The translations under genes were made by a program, and so were the position numbers. The notes below the pieces were generated by a model, which saw only the letters and a list, made by a program, of their open reading frames with translations, did not search any database and was not told where the DNA came from. Shown piece after piece: positions 15,840 through 25,646 of a DNA stretch of 64,000 bases. This DNA comes from Ilumatobacteraceae bacterium (lineage in GTDB: Bacteria > Actinomycetota > Acidimicrobiia > Acidimicrobiales > Ilumatobacteraceae), in assembly GCA_963707515.1 (NCBI GenBank), contig CAVPQI010000002.1, positions 280,643 through 344,642 on the forward strand, given 5' to 3'. How positions within the stretch are numbered: position 1 is the first letter of the stretch; each line of letters starts with the position of its first letter.

Positions 15840-18800
15840 GCGGGACCGATCTGCACCGCCCGTCGAACCCCGTTCGGTTCGTGACCGCGGCGAGCCTGTT
15901 CGACGGTCACGACGCGGCGATCAACATCATGCGACGGATCCTGCAGGCGCAAGGTGCCGAGGTGGTGCACCTCGGCCACAACCGCAGCGTCGAAGACGTC
16001 GTCCGGGCGGTCGTGCAGGAGGACGTGCAGGGCGTCGGGATCAGCTCGTACCAGGGCGGCCACATGGAGTACTTCTCCTACCTGCTCGACCGGTTGCGCG
16101 AGGAGGGCTACGGCGACGTCCGAGTGTTCGGCGGCGGCGGCGGCGTCATCGTGCCCGAGGAGATCGCCGAGCTGCACGACCGTGGCGTCACACGTGTGTT
16201 CTCGCCCCAGGACGGCCAGGAGATGGGCCTCGAGGCGATGATCAATTCGATGATCGTCGCGTGCGACGTCGCGCCCGAGCGTGATGGCGCGGTCGATCTC
16301 GACGCGTTGCTGGCGGGCAGCGAGCGAGCGTTGTCACGGGCGATCACGGTGATCGAGCGCGGCGCCGCGTCGGAGGCACTTCTCGCCGAGCTCGAACGCG
16401 TCGCCGCGCGGCGCGACGTCCCGGTGCTGGGAATCACGGGGACCGGTGGATCCGGAAAGTCGTCGCTGACCGACGAGCTGTTGCGGCGGTTCCGACTCGA
16501 CCAGTCCGACAAGGTGCGGATCGCCGTGATCGCGATCGACCCGACCCGGCGACGCGGTGGCGGGGCACTGTTGGGGGACCGGATCCGGATGAACACGCTC
16601 GACAGCGGACAGGTCTTCTTCCGGTCGTTGGCAACGCGGTCGTCCGACAGCACGGTCGGTGCGACGATCCCACCATCGCTGACCCAGGTGATCTGGTCGG
16701 CGAAGGCGTGGGGTGCGGACCTGGTGATCGTCGAGACGCCAGGGATCGGTCAGGGCGACTCGGCGATCGTGCCGTACGTCGATGTGCCGATGTACGTGAT
16801 GACGCCTGAGTTCGGGGCGTCGTCGCAGCTGGAGAAGATCGACATGCTCGATTTCGCCGACGTGATCGCGATCAACAAGTTCGAGCGGCGCGGCGCGGAT
16901 GACGCGCTGCGCGACGTGCGGCGCCAGTACGCCCGCAACCGCGAGCGGTTCCACGACGATCCCGAGTCGTTGCCGGTGTTCGGCACGGTTGCGGCGCGCT
17001 TCAACGACGACGGGGTGACCGCGCTGTACCAACACCTCCGCGGCCTGCTCGCCGAACGCGGGCTGTCGCTCGACGAGGGTCAGCTGGCGCCCGTCGATGC
17101 GAAGGTGTCGTCGCAGCTGGCGGTGATCGTGCCGTCGTCGCGGCAGCGATACCTCGCCGAGATCGCCGAGACCGTCCGCGGCTACCACGACCTGACCGCA
17201 GATCAGGCTCTGATCGCCGCGGAACGGCAGCATCTCGTCGAGACCGCCGGCCTGTTGGAACGGGCGGGGAGCGACGCCACCGTCGTGCGGGCGCTCGCCG
17301 AGGACGCCGACCGCCGGCTCGATCCGCAGGTTGCGACGCTGCTCGACGCGTGGCCGGCGGTACGTGACGCGCTGGCCGGACCGGATCGGCCGACTCGCAC
17401 CTCGCTCTCCGGGACCGAGGTGCCGAAGCTCTCGCTGCCACGCTTCGACGGGCACGCCGAGTTGGTGCGCTGGCTGCGCTCGGAGAACCTGCCGGGGCGG
17501 TTCCCGTTCACGGCCGGGGTCTTCCCGTTCAAGCGCGACGACGAGGACCCGGCGCGGATGTTCGCCGGTGAGGGCGGACCGTCGCGGACCAACCGTCGCT
17601 TCAAGCTGCTCTCGGAAGGACAGCCGGCGACGCGCCTGTCGACCGCCTTCGATTCGGTGACCCTGTACGGGTTCGATCCTGCCGAGCGTCCGGACATCTA
17701 CGGCAAGGTCGGCAACTCCGGCGTGTCGATCGCGACGCTCGACGACATGAAGGAGCTGTTCGCCGGATTCGATCTGTGCGACCCGGCGACCTCGGTGTCG
17801 ATGACGATCAACGGGCCCGCCCCGACGCTGCTGGCGATGTTCCTGAACACGGCAATCGATCAACAGGTCGACCGCTTCGTGGACTCCGAGGGCCGGGCGC
17901 CGTCCGAGGCCGAGCGCGACGAGATCGCTGCCAGGACGTTGCGCACCGTTCGCGGAACCGTGCAGGCCGACATCCTGAAAGAAGACCAGGGTCAGAACAC
18001 GTGCATCTTCTCCACCGAGTTCTCGCTCGGGGTGATGGCCGACATCGCCGAGTGGTTCGTCGAGCACGAAGTCCGCAACTTCTACTCGGTGTCGATCTCC
18101 GGCTATCACATCGCCGAGGCGGGAGCGAACCCGATCTCGCAGCTGGCGTTCACGCTGGCCAACGGGTTCACCTACGTCGAGGCGTATCTCGCCCGGGGCA
18201 TGAACGTCGATGATTTCGCACCGAACTTGAGCTTCTTCTTCTCCAACGGCATGGATCCCGAGTACACCGTGCTCGGGCGGGTCGCCCGGCGGATCTGGGC
18301 GGTGGCGATGCGCGATCGCTACGGGGCGAACGAACGGGCCCAGAAGTTGAAGTACCACGTGCAGACGTCGGGACGATCGCTGCACGCCCAGGAGATGGCC
18401 TTCAACGACATCCGCACCACCCTCCAGGCGCTCTGCGCGATCAACGACAACGCCAACAGCCTGCACACCAACGCCTACGACGAAGCGATCACCACGCCAA
18501 CCGCCGACTCCGTGCGACGGGCTCTCGCCATCCAACTGATCATCAACCGCGAGTGGGGTCTGGCGATGAACGAGAACCCGCTGCAGGGGAGCTTCATCGT
18601 CGACGAGCTCACCGACCTCGTCGAGGCCGCCGTGCTCGCCGAGCTCGACCGGATCAGCGAGCGCGGCGGAGTGCTCGGGGCCATGGAGACCGGCTACCAG
18701 CGGGGCCGGATCCAGGACGAATCGATGCTCTACGAGCGGCGCAAGCACGACGGGTCGCTGCCGATCATCGGCGTCAACACCTTCCGCAATCCCGACGGCG

Positions 18801-19048
18801 ACAACCCCGGCAGTGTCGAGCTGGCGCGCTCGGACGACCAGGAGAAGCTCGACCAGATCGAACGGCTCCGCGACTTTCAGCAACGCCATCTCCACGAGCG
18901 TCCAGCTGCGCTCGACCGGCTCAGCGACGCGGCACTGCGCGGGGACAACCTCTTCGCCGTGCTGATGGACGCGGTGCGCAGCTGCTCACTCGGTGAGATC
19001 ACCGACGCCCTGTTCGATGTCGGCGGCCGCTACCGCCGCAACGTCTGA
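15836..19048 (+). CDS. icmF: fused isobutyryl-CoA mutase (B12-binding domain, MeaB-like GTPase, mutase catalytic domain)
   Basis: N-terminus VRFVTAASLFDGHDAAINIMRRIL (B12 domain), P-loop GTGGSGKSSL, then a long methylmalonyl/isobutyryl-CoA mutase-like C-terminal domain. GTG 15836 overlaps the upstream stop (GTGA). Confidence 0.9.
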   Translation: MSGTDLHRPSNPVRFVTAASLFDGHDAAINIMRRILQAQGAEVVHLGHNRSVEDVVRAVVQEDVQGVGISSYQGGHMEYFSYLLDRLREEGYGDVRVFGGGGGVIVPEEIAELHDRGVTRVFSPQDGQEMGLEAMINSMIVACDVAPERDGAVDLDALLAGSERALSRAITVIERGAASEALLAELERVAARRDVPVLGITGTGGSGKSSLTDELLRRFRLDQSDKVRIAVIAIDPTRRRGGGALLGDRIRMNTLDSGQVFFRSLATRSSDSTVGATIPPSLTQVIWSAKAWGADLVIVETPGIGQGDSAIVPYVDVPMYVMTPEFGASSQLEKIDMLDFADVIAINKFERRGADDALRDVRRQYARNRERFHDDPESLPVFGTVAARFNDDGVTALYQHLRGLLAERGLSLDEGQLAPVDAKVSSQLAVIVPSSRQRYLAEIAETVRGYHDLTADQALIAAERQHLVETAGLLERAGSDATVVRALAEDADRRLDPQVATLLDAWPAVRDALAGPDRPTRTSLSGTEVPKLSLPRFDGHAELVRWLRSENLPGRFPFTAGVFPFKRDDEDPARMFAGEGGPSRTNRRFKLLSEGQPATRLSTAFDSVTLYGFDPAERPDIYGKVGNSGVSIATLDDMKELFAGFDLCDPATSVSMTINGPAPTLLAMFLNTAIDQQVDRFVDSEGRAPSEAERDEIAARTLRTVRGTVQADILKEDQGQNTCIFSTEFSLGVMADIAEWFVEHEVRNFYSVSISGYHIAEAGANPISQLAFTLANGFTYVEAYLARGMNVDDFAPNLSFFFSNGMDPEYTVLGRVARRIWAVAMRDRYGANERAQKLKYHVQTSGRSLHAQEMAFNDIRTTLQALCAINDNANSLHTNAYDEAITTPTADSVRRALAIQLIINREWGLAMNENPLQGSFIVDELTDLVEAAVLAELDRISERGGVLGAMETGYQRGRIQDESMLYERRKHDGSLPIIGVNTFRNPDGDNPGSVELARSDDQEKLDQIERLRDFQQRHLHERPAALDRLSDAALRGDNLFAVLMDAVRSCSLGEITDALFDVGGRYRRNV

Positions 19049-19064
19049 CCTGAAGGACCACACC

Positions 19065-20810
19065 ATGGATCAGTACCTCGCCCCCGTCGACGACATCATC
19101 GACGCACTCGAAACCGTCGGGATCCTCGACGTGCTCGCCCTGCCAGCTCATGACGGGATCGATCTCGACGCCGTCAGCGGCATCCTCGAGGGATTCGGCA
19201 AGCTCGCGTCCGACGTCGTGGCTCCGACCGACGTCATCGGTGACCGCTGCCACGCAACGTTCGATCCCGACACGGGCGCCGTCGTGGTGCCCGACGAGTT
19301 CGCCGTGGCCTACCGGGCGTACGTCAGCGGCGGTTGGCAGGGCATCGCGGCCGCAGCCGCGGCATGGTGGGGGCGGTTTCCCGGGTGCGATCGCGACCGC
19401 CGTCCACGAGATGCTCGGCTCCGCGAATCTTGCCCTCTCGTTGAATCCGATGCTCACCCGCAGCGCCGTCGAGCTGCTCGAACGGTTGGCGAACCCACGT
19501 CAGGCCACCCTCGTGTTGCCGCGACTCGTGGACGGGTCGTGGACCGGGACGATGAACCTCACCGAGCCCGATGCCGGCTCCGACCTCGGGCTGATCCGCA
19601 CCACTGCCGAGCCGACCGACGATGGCCTCTGGCGGATCAACGGCACCAAGATCTTCATCACCTGGGGAGAGCACGATCTCACCGAGAACATCATCCATCT
19701 CGTCCTCGCCCGTACCCCCGGCGCACCGGCAGGCACGAGAGGGATCTCCCTGTTCCTCGTCCCCAAGCGCCACATCGACGAAGGTGGGGCGCTGGGTGGA
19801 CGCAACGGGGTGCACTGTCGAGGCGTCGAGCACAAACTCGGGATCCACGGCAGCCCAACCTGCGTGATCGAGTTCACCGATGCGATCGGCGAACTCGTCG
19901 GCGAGCTCCACGGCGGCATGCCGGCCATGTTCGAGATGATGAACCCGGCGCGTCCGCGGTCGGCGTCCAAGGCGTCTCGGTGAGCGAACGCGCCTATCAA
20001 CAGGCCTACCGCTACGCACTCGAACGCCAGCAAGGCCACGCCGACGGTGTCGACGGCCCGGCACCGATCATCGGGCATCCCGACGTGCAACGGATGCTGC
20101 TCGACATCGCCACGACGCGCGACGCCATGCGGCTGCTCACCTACGCCGCTGCCGTCGCGGGCGACCTCGCCACCCAGCATCCCGACGCCGACGAGCGTTG
20201 GGTCCATCAGCGGCGCGCCGACCTCCTCACGCCGCTGGCCAAGGCCTGGCCCACCGACCAAGGCGTGCGCCTCGCATCGATGGCGCTGCAGATCCATGGC
20301 GGTGCGGGATACATCGAGGAGACCGGTATCGCTCAGCGCTACCGCGACGCCCGCATCGCTCCCATCTACGAGGGCACGAACGGCATCCAAGCAATCGATC
20401 TGGTCGGCCGGAAGATCAGTCGCGATCGGTCGGCGGTCGACGAACTGTTCGCCGAAATCCGAGCAACGATCGGCGCCGCCACCGGCCACCGGGCCCTGCA
20501 CGCCACAGCCGCCGTGCTCGACGCGACGCTCGCCCGGACGCAGGCCGCCACGGACTGGATCGTCGAGACGTTGAACGAGGACCGCCCCGCAGCCCTCGCC
20601 GGGGCCAGCAGCTACCTCGACCTGCTCGCCGTCGTCACCGCCGCCCATCTCATGCTTCGGCGTTCACTCCTCGACATCGAACGTTCCGCATCAACCCGCG
20701 AGCGGTCGATCCGGCGCGCCCAGTTCTTTGCCGCACAGCACGTGCAACAAGCACCCGGCATGTCGACGATCACCTTCGGACTGCATCCGCTCGCCGACGG
20801 ACTCCGGTGA
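19065..20810 (+). pseudogene. large acyl-CoA dehydrogenase with two opposing frameshifts (+1 near 19350, -1 near 19954)
   Basis: N- and C-terminal thirds are in the frame of the 18993 ORF. The middle 200 aa (GGGFPGAI..., MNLTEPDAGSDLG, KIFITWGEHDLTENIIHLVLAR, GISLFLVPK, VEHKLGIHGSPT) is in the frame of the 19150-19983 ORF. Confidence 0.8.
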
Positions 20811-20825
20811 GCTCAACCCCGAACG

Positions 20826-20877
20826 CGCCGACGGCGTGAACGCGACCCCACGAGGGGGTGCGCTCACGCCGTCGGCG
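20826..20877. terminator. long hairpin between convergent genes (candidate bidirectional terminator)
   Basis: 18-bp arms CGCCGACGGCGTGAACGC / GCGCTCACGCCGTCGGCG (one mismatch), with an inner CCCC-ACGA-GGGG stem. No clear U-tract. Confidence 0.5.
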
Positions 20878-20890
20878 TGTGCAGGGCGGG

Positions 20891-21205
20891 TCAGCCGGCG
20901 AGGATCTTGGCCTTGGCGGCGTCGAACTCGGCGTCGCTGAGCAGGCCCTGCTCCTTGAGCTGGGCGAGCTGGGTGAGCTGCTCGACCGTTGACAGCTGCG
21001 GCGCCGCCGGTGCGGGAGCGGGAGGCGGCGGGGCGTACTGCTGCTGGGCGGCGGCTGCCTGCTGCTGCTCGTAGGCCTGGGCGTCCGCCTGCTGCTGGTA
21101 CCGGTTGTCCTGTCGGCGGGCCACGCGCCCGGACACGGCGGTGGCCGTGCCGGCAATCACGGCGGTCGTTGCCGCCGTGCGAAGAAGGGGTCGTCGTCTC
21201 AACAT
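20891..21205 (-). CDS. SHOCT domain-containing protein
   Basis: C-terminal LKEQGLLSDAEFDAAKAKILAG is a SHOCT motif. Gln/Ala/Pro-rich middle; GGAGA RBS. Confidence 0.75.
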   Translation of the reverse strand: MLRRRPLLRTAATTAVIAGTATAVSGRVARRQDNRYQQQADAQAYEQQQAAAAQQQYAPPPPAPAPAAPQLSTVEQLTQLAQLKEQGLLSDAEFDAAKAKILAG

Positions 21206-21236
21206 GTCGGTCTCCGTTGTCTCGTAGTGGTCAGGT

Positions 21237-21653
21237 TCAGTCGACGGCCAGGACGGCGTCGAGCTCTGCGATCAGGTCGGCCGGGATCCGGGCGCCCTCG
21301 AGCACCTCACCACCCGCACGGCGCAGGGCGCCGGCCAGCGATTCGGCCCACAGGTCCTCCCAGACGATCAGCAGCACCGAGGAACCCTCGGCGATCGACT
21401 CGGCGGCGTGCTCGATGTCTTCGGGGCTGATGATGCCACCGACGCCGGCGTCGAGCGCGGCGAACGCGCTGAGCTCGTCGTTCTCGTCGACCTCGAGGGC
21501 GATCACGCTGCCGTCCTCGCCACGGGCGATGAACACGAGGTCGAGGATGCGGATGGTGCCGGACTCGACCAGCGCCGCCAGCTCCGGGACGATCTCACCG
21601 GTGAAGTCGTTGTTCGGAAATCCGATGATGATGTACTCGACGGGCGCCGTCAT
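21237..21653 (-). CDS. conserved actinobacterial protein (DUF6325-like)
   Basis: 138 aa from ATG 21653 with GGAGGG RBS. VEYIIIGFPNNDFTGEIVPELAALVESGTIRILDLVF resembles DUF6325-type proteins as I recall them. Confidence 0.6.
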   Translation of the reverse strand: MTAPVEYIIIGFPNNDFTGEIVPELAALVESGTIRILDLVFIARGEDGSVIALEVDENDELSAFAALDAGVGGIISPEDIEHAAESIAEGSSVLLIVWEDLWAESLAGALRRAGGEVLEGARIPADLIAELDAVLAVD

Positions 21654-21939
21654 GTTCCCTCCACGGGGTGGCTGTGTCCAGGCGGACTGGGTGTGTCGGG
21701 CAGAACCGTACGCCACGCGCCACCCCTGGTCATCCCCCAATTCGGGGGATGACCAAGGCGGCGGCGATCGCACCCGACCCCGCCCCGATCCTGCCCGCGT
21801 CGTGCCCGCGTCGGCCGGTGAATCGTCCGATGTGGGCGATGCCACGCGATGTGCGGATGCGTACCTTCCTGCGTGGGTGGCGACGACGCGATCGGGACCA
21901 CGAGACCACGGCCTGCGGGCCCTGACCGAAGGAGCCTCG

Positions 21940-22335
21940 ATGCTCGCGTACGACTATCCGTTGCTGGGCGTGTTCTGGTCCATGCTGATCTTCTTCTTGT
22001 TCTTCGCCTGGATCGTGCTGTTGTTCCGCGTCTTCGTGGACATCTTCCGGGCGCACGACATGGGCGGCTTCGCCAAGGGGCTGTGGTGCGTGTTCGTGAT
22101 CGTGCTTCCGTTCCTCGGCGTGCTGATCTACCTGATGGTCCACGGCGGCGACATGACACGACGCAGCCTCGAAGAGGCCCAGCAGTCCGAAGCGGCGTTC
22201 CAGTCGTACGTCCGCGACACCGCATCGACCGGCTCGACCGCCGAGGAACTGAGCCGCCTCGCCGCGCTGCGTGACCAGGGCGTGCTCACCGACGCCGAGT
22301 TCCAGTCGGCGAAGGCCAAGCTGCTCGCCCGGTGA
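21940..22335 (+). CDS. membrane protein with PLD-nuclease-N-terminal-like (PLDc_N) TM domain and C-terminal SHOCT domain
   Basis: GAAGGAG RBS. Two hydrophobic helices with WCVFVIVLPFLGVLIYL, then LRDQGVLTDAEFQSAKAKLLA. Confidence 0.75.
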   Translation: MLAYDYPLLGVFWSMLIFFLFFAWIVLLFRVFVDIFRAHDMGGFAKGLWCVFVIVLPFLGVLIYLMVHGGDMTRRSLEEAQQSEAAFQSYVRDTASTGSTAEELSRLAALRDQGVLTDAEFQSAKAKLLAR

Positions 22336-22458
22336 CCACGCCGTGAGGCGTCACCTCGCCCGCTGACCGGTGGGCTCATCCGACGGTGCGTCCACGCGCC
22401 GGGAGTATGTTGTCGCTGGGGTCCGTGGCGGCCGTGCTCCCAGAGGACGTGGGTTGGG

Positions 22459-24696
22459 ATGAGCAACATGTTCACGATGCGCGAACGTGCCAGATCGGCC
22501 GGTCCGGCGCGCGTCGATCGCATCGTCGACCGCGCCCGCCTCGACGACCGGTACGCCACGGCGACCGGACGGATCCTCCGCTTGATCGCCCCAGGCGGAT
22601 ACGGCAAGTCGACGATCCTCACCCGCTGGGCCTGCGACGACTGGCGCCCGGTCTGCTGGCTCGATCTGGAGCCGATCGACAACGACCCGCTCGTGCTGAC
22701 GAGCGCCATCGCTCGGGGGCTCGGCGAGCTCAGCGACATCGACTACGCCCCGGGTCCCGAAGGGGCCCTGGCAACCGACCGGCTGCACGGAGTAGTCATC
22801 CCGTCATTCGCCGAAGTCCTGCGCAGCTGTACCACGCCGATCGTCGTCGTGCTCGACGACCTCCATCGCGTCGACAGCGTCGAGGCGGCCGAGGCGATCG
22901 AGACCCTCGCCGCCCACATGCCAGCCGACTCGACGCTCGTGTTGTCGGGTCGGCGTCAGATGCCCGACGGCTGGCTGGCGCGTCTGCGTCTCGAGCCCGG
23001 CGTCATCGACCTCGGCATCGACGACCTGGCCTTCGATCTCGCCGAGACGGAGGAGATGCTCGGGCTGATGGGCGTCGAGTTCGACGCGGCGTCCGTCGAG
23101 GAGCTCACCGCCGAGTTCGGCGGTTGGCCCGCCGGCCTCCGCCTCGCCGGGATCGCCCTGGAGGAGGAGCGGCGCAACGGCGAGCGCGATGCTGCCGGGC
23201 TCGGCCGTTCACGCTTCGTCACCGACTATCTCGAGCTGGAGTGGCTCGGTCGGCTCGACCCCGACGACGAGCGGCTGCTGATGGAGGTGGCCTGTCTCGG
23301 CCGGTTCACCGCCGAGATGTGCCAGGACGTGCTGGGGCGCTCCGGCTGCGCGGCACGGCTGCGCGACCTCCGACGTCGTTTGCCGTTCCTGTTGCCGCTC
23401 GACCAGCGCGACGAGTGGTACCGCCTGCACTCGTTGCTCGCCTCGCTGCTCAGTGAACGCCTGCGGGACCGCAATCGGCCGCGCTTCCGCGCCATTCATG
23501 CCGCGGCGTCGAGGTGGTGGGAGCGGCGCGGCGACATCGACCTGGCGATCGAGCATGCGGTGCGCGGCGACGACCTCGCCCGATGTGAGCACCTGATCGT
23601 CGAGCACTTCGGCATCTACCTCGCCGCAGGCCACTATCCGATCGTCAAACGCTGGGTCGACCACCTGCCCGAGGCGCGGATCGCGGCGACCCGCCGGCTG
23701 CAGGCGGTGGCGGCGATCATGTGCACGCAAGCCGGCGACGGCGTCACCGCCCTCCGCTGGACCCGTCGCCTCGCCGGTGGCCTGGAGGGTCTCGATCAGG
23801 ACGACGAGACCGCCCTGCGCGCCGACGCCCTCCTGGCGTTGCTCGACACGGCACCCCCGGACCAACTCATCCCGCTCGGCGAAGGCGCCCGCAACGGATC
23901 CCACGGCACGTGGCGGGCGTTCGCCTGCTGGGGTCTCGGCGGCGACCGGGTGCGGCTCGGCGACCTCGCCGCGGCGCGCGACGACTTCGAAGCCGGCGCC
24001 TTCGAGGCCGAGCTGGTCGGCGCCCACGTCCTCGAGGCCAACCTGCGCGCCTCGGTGGCTGCCGTCGCCGACCTGCAGGGTGACACGGCAGCGGTTGTCG
24101 AGTTCACCACCACCGCGGAACACCTGCTCCGTGTGCACCGCACCGCGCACGTTCCCACCACCGGCATCGTCGCTGCCATGTCGTCGTTGGTGGCGGCGCG
24201 CCGTGAACATCGAGACGCGGCCCAGGAGTCGCTCGAGCGGGCACGTCGCCACCTCGCCGGGTTCGTCGGAGTCGCCCCGCACGTCAACATCCTCGCCAAC
24301 ATCGCGATGGCCAAGGTCTGCCTGCTCGGCGACGACGCGGCGGGCGCGCGGACGCACCTCAGCCTCGTCGACCGACACGTGGCGATGGGCAGCCCGGCCG
24401 GCGCACTCGAGGCCGCACTCGAACCATTGCGGGCGACCGTCGGTGCGGCGTCGGACCTGCTGCTCGACCGGACGTGGGCGCTGACCGACGCCGAGATGCG
24501 GGTGCTCAAGTTCCTGCCGACGAACCTCAGCCTCGGTGACATCGCCGGGCGCCTGTACATCTCGCGCAACACGGTCAAGTCGCATGTCGCCGCCATCTAC
24601 CGCAAGATGGGAACCGCCTCGCGCGGCGATGCCGTCGAGCGGGCGAGGGCGTCGGGGCTGCTGGCACCCGATTCGTCGGCGCCGCTCGATCACTGA
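22459..24696 (+). CDS. large ATP-binding LuxR family regulator (MalT/LAL-like)
   Basis: P-loop IAPGGYGKST near the N-terminus, long helical-repeat middle, C-terminal LuxR HTH LSLGDIAGRLYISRNTVKSHVAAIYRKMG. Confidence 0.9.
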   Translation: MSNMFTMRERARSAGPARVDRIVDRARLDDRYATATGRILRLIAPGGYGKSTILTRWACDDWRPVCWLDLEPIDNDPLVLTSAIARGLGELSDIDYAPGPEGALATDRLHGVVIPSFAEVLRSCTTPIVVVLDDLHRVDSVEAAEAIETLAAHMPADSTLVLSGRRQMPDGWLARLRLEPGVIDLGIDDLAFDLAETEEMLGLMGVEFDAASVEELTAEFGGWPAGLRLAGIALEEERRNGERDAAGLGRSRFVTDYLELEWLGRLDPDDERLLMEVACLGRFTAEMCQDVLGRSGCAARLRDLRRRLPFLLPLDQRDEWYRLHSLLASLLSERLRDRNRPRFRAIHAAASRWWERRGDIDLAIEHAVRGDDLARCEHLIVEHFGIYLAAGHYPIVKRWVDHLPEARIAATRRLQAVAAIMCTQAGDGVTALRWTRRLAGGLEGLDQDDETALRADALLALLDTAPPDQLIPLGEGARNGSHGTWRAFACWGLGGDRVRLGDLAAARDDFEAGAFEAELVGAHVLEANLRASVAAVADLQGDTAAVVEFTTTAEHLLRVHRTAHVPTTGIVAAMSSLVAARREHRDAAQESLERARRHLAGFVGVAPHVNILANIAMAKVCLLGDDAAGARTHLSLVDRHVAMGSPAGALEAALEPLRATVGAASDLLLDRTWALTDAEMRVLKFLPTNLSLGDIAGRLYISRNTVKSHVAAIYRKMGTASRGDAVERARASGLLAPDSSAPLDH

Positions 24697-24699
24697 CCA

Positions 24700-24760
24700 C
24701 ACGGTCGACACCACGGTCAACACCACGGTCACGGTCGAGGTCACGGTCGAGTCGACGGTC
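24700..24760. repeat. six phased copies of (C/G)ACGGTC directly after the LuxR stop
   Basis: Heptamers start at about 24700, 24712, 24724, 24730, 24742 and 24754 (6- or 12-nt phasing). Confidence 0.7.
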
Positions 24761-24845
24761 CGAATCACCCCATCGGGCGGATGACTCACCTGTCGGGATC
24801 GGGTCCAATGAACGACGGGGGTCGTGGGCGGGCTCGCCGCTCCGT

Positions 24846-24901
24846 CCCGACGATCCTCTCCCGACGATCCTCTCCCGAGAATCCTCTCCCGACGATCCTC
24901 G
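24846..24901. repeat. 14-bp tandem repeat CCCGACGATCCTCT x4
   Basis: Four head-to-tail units (the third is CCCGAGAATCCTCT), ending 30 nt before the AAGGAGG RBS and GTG 24932. Confidence 0.85.
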
Positions 24902-24931
24902 TGCACCCGGCACAACAAGGAGGCCAGGCAC

Positions 24932-25540
24932 GTGACCCTGCTCGGTCCGTTCGATCGCCCCCTGGCGATCCGAGTTGCGGTCCCGGTCGAGCGATTCGGC
25001 CGGCCGCCGGTCGTCGTGCCCGCCCGTCCACCCGTCATCGTGCCCGCCCGGCCACCCGACGTCACACCACCCGACGAACAGACCGCTGAGGACCTCGCGC
25101 GGATCGAGATCGCGTGCCGGCTGACCCGTGCGCTGCTCACCGACGTCGCCCAGTCACTCGACGAGCTGCTGCGCCTCGAGGCAGCGGTCGACGAGCTCGT
25201 CGTCGTCTGGAGCCCGACGCTCTACACCACCAACCGCGCCGAACTCCTCGCCGCGCTCGCCGGCCGCGACGACGCCGTCGTCGACATCGACGTGCAGGTC
25301 GAAGCGGCGGACCACGTCGGTGGGCGGGTGCTCGTCGAGTGGCGCATCGTCGGCCGATTCGGCAATGCCGGGTTCATCAACGACGACGTGCTGGTGGAGC
25401 CGACGCACGAGCGGGTCGAGTCGGCAGGCGTGATGATCCACACGTTCGAGGACCGACGGGTAGTGCGCATCGACTGCTTCTTCGACGCCCTGGCGTTGCT
25501 CGAGCAGGTGCTCGAGCCCGGTTCCCGCGGCGCGATCTGA
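24932..25540 (+). CDS. NTF2/SnoaL-like domain protein with Pro-rich N-terminus
   Basis: AAGGAGG lies 8 nt before GTG 24932. The C-terminal half (VLVEWRIVGRFGNAGFINDDVLVEPTHERVESAGVMIHTFEDRRVVRIDCFFD) looks like a SnoaL/NTF2 fold. Confidence 0.55.
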   Translation: MTLLGPFDRPLAIRVAVPVERFGRPPVVVPARPPVIVPARPPDVTPPDEQTAEDLARIEIACRLTRALLTDVAQSLDELLRLEAAVDELVVVWSPTLYTTNRAELLAALAGRDDAVVDIDVQVEAADHVGGRVLVEWRIVGRFGNAGFINDDVLVEPTHERVESAGVMIHTFEDRRVVRIDCFFDALALLEQVLEPGSRGAI

Positions 25541-25646
25541 TCGTCCGAAGTGGGGGATGCACCCTCGCGGACATCGGCTTACGTTCGCGACGCCGACGAC
25601 CGGACGTGCGCCGTCGGCGGAGCCGCCGAATGAAACGGAGACTGCG

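Noticed and set aside
16334-18895. 853-aa minus-strand ORF
   Set aside because: It is antisense to icmF, whose + strand frame carries clear B12, GTPase and mutase motifs.
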